From a bacterium (GTDB taxonomy: Bacteria > SM23-31), in contig OZ252239.1 of the NCBI GenBank assembly GCA_965249485.1, positions 1,344,001 through 1,408,000 of the forward strand: a DNA stretch of 64,000 nucleotides, written 5' to 3'. Position 1 is the first letter of the stretch. Each line of letters starts with the position of its first letter. Below are positions 59,918 through 64,000 of this stretch, piece by piece. The position numbers and the translations under genes are program-made. The notes under the pieces were generated by a model that was not told the origin of the DNA, made no database searches, and worked only from the letters and a program-made list of their open reading frames with translations.

Positions 59918-62035
59918 TCATTTTACCGGTACCAGGTTAAGTTTCAAAGATTTATGTGCAATCTTATTTATCCAAACTATCAAGTCCCTGCCTTGTGATG
60001 TTTGTTGGTGACCGACACGGAAGTCATTACTCTTATCAACCGATTCTCCATTCATGAACAAATCTATATCGGCTCTTCCCCAGTTCTTTATGACAAATGC
60101 TGGATTGATAACCGGATGTTCTTCGCTTCCGGCAAGTTCTAACTTTAACTCAGATGGGGCACCATTTTCAGACGTAGAAAGTACATATGCACGCTGGTAT
60201 TTATCATAACCGATGTTTTTGAATCCGGCACTGCCAAGTGTTAATTCGGCGGGTTTGATCCACGAGCGTGCCAGTGGAATAAGTTCTTCGGCTTTTTGTT
60301 CTGTAAGACCGTAAAGTGAAACAGACAGGTATGAATCAGCCTCACCTTTTACAACAAGTGGACGGCCTTCTGCCAGCGCGGTATGGGATGGACGATCGAT
60401 GCCCGAGACACTACGAGAGTCATTTGGAATCCGACTAACAGGCCAATGGTTTCTCCAGTGAAAATTCGACCATTCCTTCCGAACGCCCCATGGATATTCA
60501 ATGATTTCGCCGCCGGGTTCAAAGATGATAAAAGGTCTATTTATTGCCTTCAGGTTCGTCATCTGGATATTGGCGTTTGCAGGCCTGTCATAAGGAGTAG
60601 GAGGACCATCTTTCCAGGAATAGGTATACGTCTCACCATCCATATTTGCAAGGGTTAATGCATCAATATCGACATTGTCCTCCGGCTTTGTACCGGGCTG
60701 ATTAAGGAAAATTGTTTCCTGCCACTGATGAATATTCTCGTCAGTCCATAACACCTGTTTACGGACAATAACACGGTCTGGATAAATAGTGAAATATTCG
60801 TCTGCCCACGAACCCCAGCCAGTCTCAGGATTCTCACCGGTAATCTGATACAGTATATTCGTAATCGCATAACGCCAGTGAACAACAACCCTGGCATCGC
60901 TGTTCTCAATGATTCTTACGTGTGAATACCGATTTTGTTTGTCCGCCATGTGCTCAGAACTGCCCCAGCCCGACCTGCCGCTCCACAATTCAATACTCTG
61001 ATCACCCATCCACAACCCGTTCTCAGTTACATAACTGGCTCCATAGTTTACCCCTCTCCAGAAGACCACTTTTACCGGCGAATCATCAAACGTAACAACG
61101 ACATCGGCATAGTCACCCACTCTCCATAACTCATCCCAGGTATCACTGTATTCAAGTTTTGTAAAGTATGCGCCAAATTCCTTTCTGTTCTCAGCAACTG
61201 AGGGGAATGACCGCCATGACAAAGGCTGTGGTTCATTCAGTGTGACAAACCTAAACGAATCATTTACCTCATCAAGACTCAATGCTTTATTATAAAGCTT
61301 CACTTCGTCGATACGGCCGTCAAAGACCATGTTTGTTAATGATTTGCGTGAGGGTTCTCTGTTGGTAAACAAAGGGTACATCTTTTGGTGGCTTTTACCA
61401 ACGAAGAGTTTTAACGTGTTTTTCGGCTGCGGTAGCAGTTTGCCGTCAGGTGTATAGACCGCTTCACCAACCGGGGTCATTGAACCTTGAAATGATTGAA
61501 TTCCTGCAACTTCACCGTTGATATAAACAGTCAATCCTTTGCCTTGTTCAAAGGTGCCAGCTATATGTGTCCACCGTAACAACGGGATATTCGCATCGGA
61601 GACACATTTACGCCAATCATCATTGACCGCCATGTGAAATCCAACCTGACCCAAAGCGTTAACACCAAAAAAATAACCTCCGCGATTGTCAACTTCATGA
61701 GACACGACAGCAGTCCAGTTCCACGGATATGTCTGTGGGGCTATCCATGCTTCAATGGTGAACGAACCTTCAAACGTCGGGACGTGATCGACTTCTCTGA
61801 CAACATGGGTTGTATATCCATCAAATCGTAATGAATTACCGATCACACCCCCGACATGTTTATAATTACCCTGGAGAGAATCTTCGATTTTACTTGCCTT
61901 GTCGATTACGGTTTCATCCGAACTTTCGTCAAAACTCCACCAGGCTACCGGACCGGTCTCCTGTGCTGGTACAGGGTGTATTGAGAATAGTAATAGTAAT
62001 ACGATCACAGCTTTATTTATAAGAATTTTGCACAT
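59918..62035 (-). CDS. Secreted LamG/concanavalin-like domain protein with an uncharacterised C-terminal region
   Basis: WWSFDE, LRFDG, FTIEAWI, WTHIAGT, FDGRIDEVKLYNKALS. Confidence 0.82.
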   Translation of the reverse strand: MCKILINKAVIVLLLLFSIHPVPAQETGPVAWWSFDESSDETVIDKASKIEDSLQGNYKHVGGVIGNSLRFDGYTTHVVREVDHVPTFEGSFTIEAWIAPQTYPWNWTAVVSHEVDNRGGYFFGVNALGQVGFHMAVNDDWRKCVSDANIPLLRWTHIAGTFEQGKGLTVYINGEVAGIQSFQGSMTPVGEAVYTPDGKLLPQPKNTLKLFVGKSHQKMYPLFTNREPSRKSLTNMVFDGRIDEVKLYNKALSLDEVNDSFRFVTLNEPQPLSWRSFPSVAENRKEFGAYFTKLEYSDTWDELWRVGDYADVVVTFDDSPVKVVFWRGVNYGASYVTENGLWMGDQSIELWSGRSGWGSSEHMADKQNRYSHVRIIENSDARVVVHWRYAITNILYQITGENPETGWGSWADEYFTIYPDRVIVRKQVLWTDENIHQWQETIFLNQPGTKPEDNVDIDALTLANMDGETYTYSWKDGPPTPYDRPANANIQMTNLKAINRPFIIFEPGGEIIEYPWGVRKEWSNFHWRNHWPVSRIPNDSRSVSGIDRPSHTALAEGRPLVVKGEADSYLSVSLYGLTEQKAEELIPLARSWIKPAELTLGSAGFKNIGYDKYQRAYVLSTSENGAPSELKLELAGSEEHPVINPAFVIKNWGRADIDLFMNGESVDKSNDFRVGHQQTSQGRDLIVWINKIAHKSLKLNLVPVK

Positions 62036-62328
62036 TATATAGTACCTCTAACCATTGCATCAAATAAAATTAGAATAATTGCTCTGAAAAAGTTGTTATT
62101 CTAAAACTTGTCCGAACAATCATAAATACAAATCAATATAAAATCAAGTTCTTTATCCTCCAAATGTACAAATATATTTTTATTAATATCCGAATTTATT
62201 AGGAAAAATCCTACTATTGGGGAAAATAATTGTTTTCCAAAAAATTTATTTCTACTATTTTGATACCAATTTCAGACTCCACTTTATTTCATAAACCACA
62301 TTCCGTTTTTAATATTGAGGTGTTGCTC

Positions 62329-63669
62329 ATGAAAATAGTAATGAAATTATACGTATCTATCTTTGTTTTAATGCTCTTATTTCCGGGACAGGTTTATTCT
62401 CAGAGTATTGGTGAACCGAGGACCGTACTCACGAATTGTAATGTGATCGACTGTACGGGAAATCCAATGATGGAGGGCATGACCGTCGTGATCACAGGCA
62501 ATAAAATTACTGAAATCAGTGAAGGTGAGTACAAAGGGGGTGAGGACCCCAACACTCGGATCCTCGACCTGAACGGCAGCTATGTGCTTCCCGGGTTCTG
62601 GAACATGCATTCCCATTTGTCCGATCTACACCCCGATGTCAATAATATTTTAGGAACTGAACCATTGCTTCCGGCGGCAATCCGTTCCGGAAGAAACGCA
62701 ATGGACGCTCTCAAAAGAGGATTCACTTCTTTACGAATGACCGGTGAACGTGATTATATAGATATCGCCTGGAGAGACGCTTTTAACGCCGGTGTATTTG
62801 TCGGACCCCGCATTTTCGCTTCGGGGAAAATACTTACAGCTACGGAAAGCAATGCGTGGGAAGCTGAATGGTCTGTGGCAGTATATATTGACGGCCCGTA
62901 TGAAATGAGAAAAGCAATGAGGGAAAATATAAAAAGAGGTGTTGATTTTATCAAGCTTTCATCAAACCGCATGGTGGAAGATGAAATTGTCGAAGCGATA
63001 CGAATAGCGCATAAAGCCGGATTACGGGTAACAGCGGACATTGATGATCCTATGGCACGGATAGCCGTGGAAGCAGGTATTGATTGTATCGAACACGGTA
63101 CCCCTCTGACCGATGAAACAATCCAACTGATGGCTGAAAAGGACACCTTTTTCGACCCGACAATGGCATGTTATCTCAGCACCGAATATATAGTCGACCG
63201 TGAATCGCGCATCGCTGATATCGGACTTAACGAAGACCCGAGAATTATCAAAGGGAGGATCGCTGTTTCGAATGCCGACCTCAGACCTCATAGGAACGCC
63301 GTGAAACAGCGGGAAATCCTCATGAAAGCTGTCAAAGCTGGTGTAAAAATCATTACCGGAAGTGATACCAACCCGCTTGGAGAGATCGGTTTGCTGGAAA
63401 TAGAGCAGCTTGTGTTTTCCGGAATGACAGAAATGCAAGCGCTCATCGCCGCCACGCGAAACTGCGCTGATATGGTTGATGAACTTGATGATCTTGGAAC
63501 GGTCGAAAAGGGTAAACTCGCTGACCTCATCGTTCTTGAAGGCAACCCCCTCAAACATATTTCGAACATAAGAACACTCAAAATGGTCTTCAAAGACGGT
63601 CTGCCTGTTAACCTCGGTAAGAATGAAGGACAGACCAGTTTTTGGGAGTTGTATTTTACAAAAAAGTGA
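62329..63669 (+). CDS. Secreted amidohydrolase superfamily protein
   Basis: PGFWNMHSH, FIKL, IEHG, GSDT, GKLADLIV. Confidence 0.9.
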   Translation: MKIVMKLYVSIFVLMLLFPGQVYSQSIGEPRTVLTNCNVIDCTGNPMMEGMTVVITGNKITEISEGEYKGGEDPNTRILDLNGSYVLPGFWNMHSHLSDLHPDVNNILGTEPLLPAAIRSGRNAMDALKRGFTSLRMTGERDYIDIAWRDAFNAGVFVGPRIFASGKILTATESNAWEAEWSVAVYIDGPYEMRKAMRENIKRGVDFIKLSSNRMVEDEIVEAIRIAHKAGLRVTADIDDPMARIAVEAGIDCIEHGTPLTDETIQLMAEKDTFFDPTMACYLSTEYIVDRESRIADIGLNEDPRIIKGRIAVSNADLRPHRNAVKQREILMKAVKAGVKIITGSDTNPLGEIGLLEIEQLVFSGMTEMQALIAATRNCADMVDELDDLGTVEKGKLADLIVLEGNPLKHISNIRTLKMVFKDGLPVNLGKNEGQTSFWELYFTKK

Positions 63670-63782
63670 AACACAACGATGACAGATCTTTGCTGTAGCT
63701 CAACATCAGCCGCATCGAGAGAAGACAGTATATCATCAGAATAAATTGGACAGCATTATTATTTATTTAGTCAGCGGAACAA

Positions 63783-64000
63783 TTATTCATTATAAAAAAC
63801 CTGTTCCATCTCAATCCATCCATTCGATCCGGGAAGAGAAATCTGCATCGGGTCGCAAACCTTTAACCATTCTATATTTCTGGGTTCTAACGCCAATTTT
63901 GCCATATCACTTTCAAAATCATCCCCTGTGTATTCATAATATCCAAATTCGTACCACTTCTCACCAATCTGTTGAAGAAAAATGGAGAAATTTTTCATAT
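63783..64000 (-). CDS. L-rhamnose mutarotase-like protein, C-terminal part (5' end outside the window)
   Basis: NFSIF...FGYYEYTGDDFESDM...W...DPMQ...WIEMEQVF. Confidence 0.82.
   Translation of the reverse strand, partial: MKNFSIFLQQIGEKWYEFGYYEYTGDDFESDMAKLALEPRNIEWLKVCDPMQISLPGSNGWIEMEQVFYNE

Overview
Bacterial genomic window with standard genetic code and moderately low GC. The hrcA-grpE-dnaJ order and the many secreted hydrolases suggest an FCB-group or KSB1-like organism, but this is an inference only. The left ~35.7 kb is mostly core genome: an M16 protease pair, hom, an orphan adenine methyltransferase, lon, comF, aroK, aspC/coaD/rsmD with pilM-like genes, comEA, dnaJ/grpE/hrcA, ftsEX, pdxA, nif3, a reductive-dehalogenase-like gene, envC, rpsU and hutH. 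After tRNA-Leu(CAA) at 35731-35814 the window becomes accessory. First comes a run of stand-alone enzyme genes, mostly secreted (M28, AKR, C45/PLB-like, VPS10 x2, M24). Their spacers share a family of modular repeats: a ~116-bp arm, a tRNA-T-arm-like arm, a common AATCGTACAGCC core and a GAGGAGYAGAAAA arm. No recombinase gene is present in the window. A sugar-catabolism block follows (gnd, PPi-PFK, HAD, TRAP, GH95, LamG, mutarotase). Other notable items are a protein of about 14 gap-free 34-aa PPR-like repeats with a MinD-like C-terminal tail, a stand-alone 4x MshEN-like protein, a sigma54-type promoter before envC, and several genes broken by single lesions (a 19-bp tandem duplication, two in-frame TAG stops, one TAA, one probable homopolymer frameshift).
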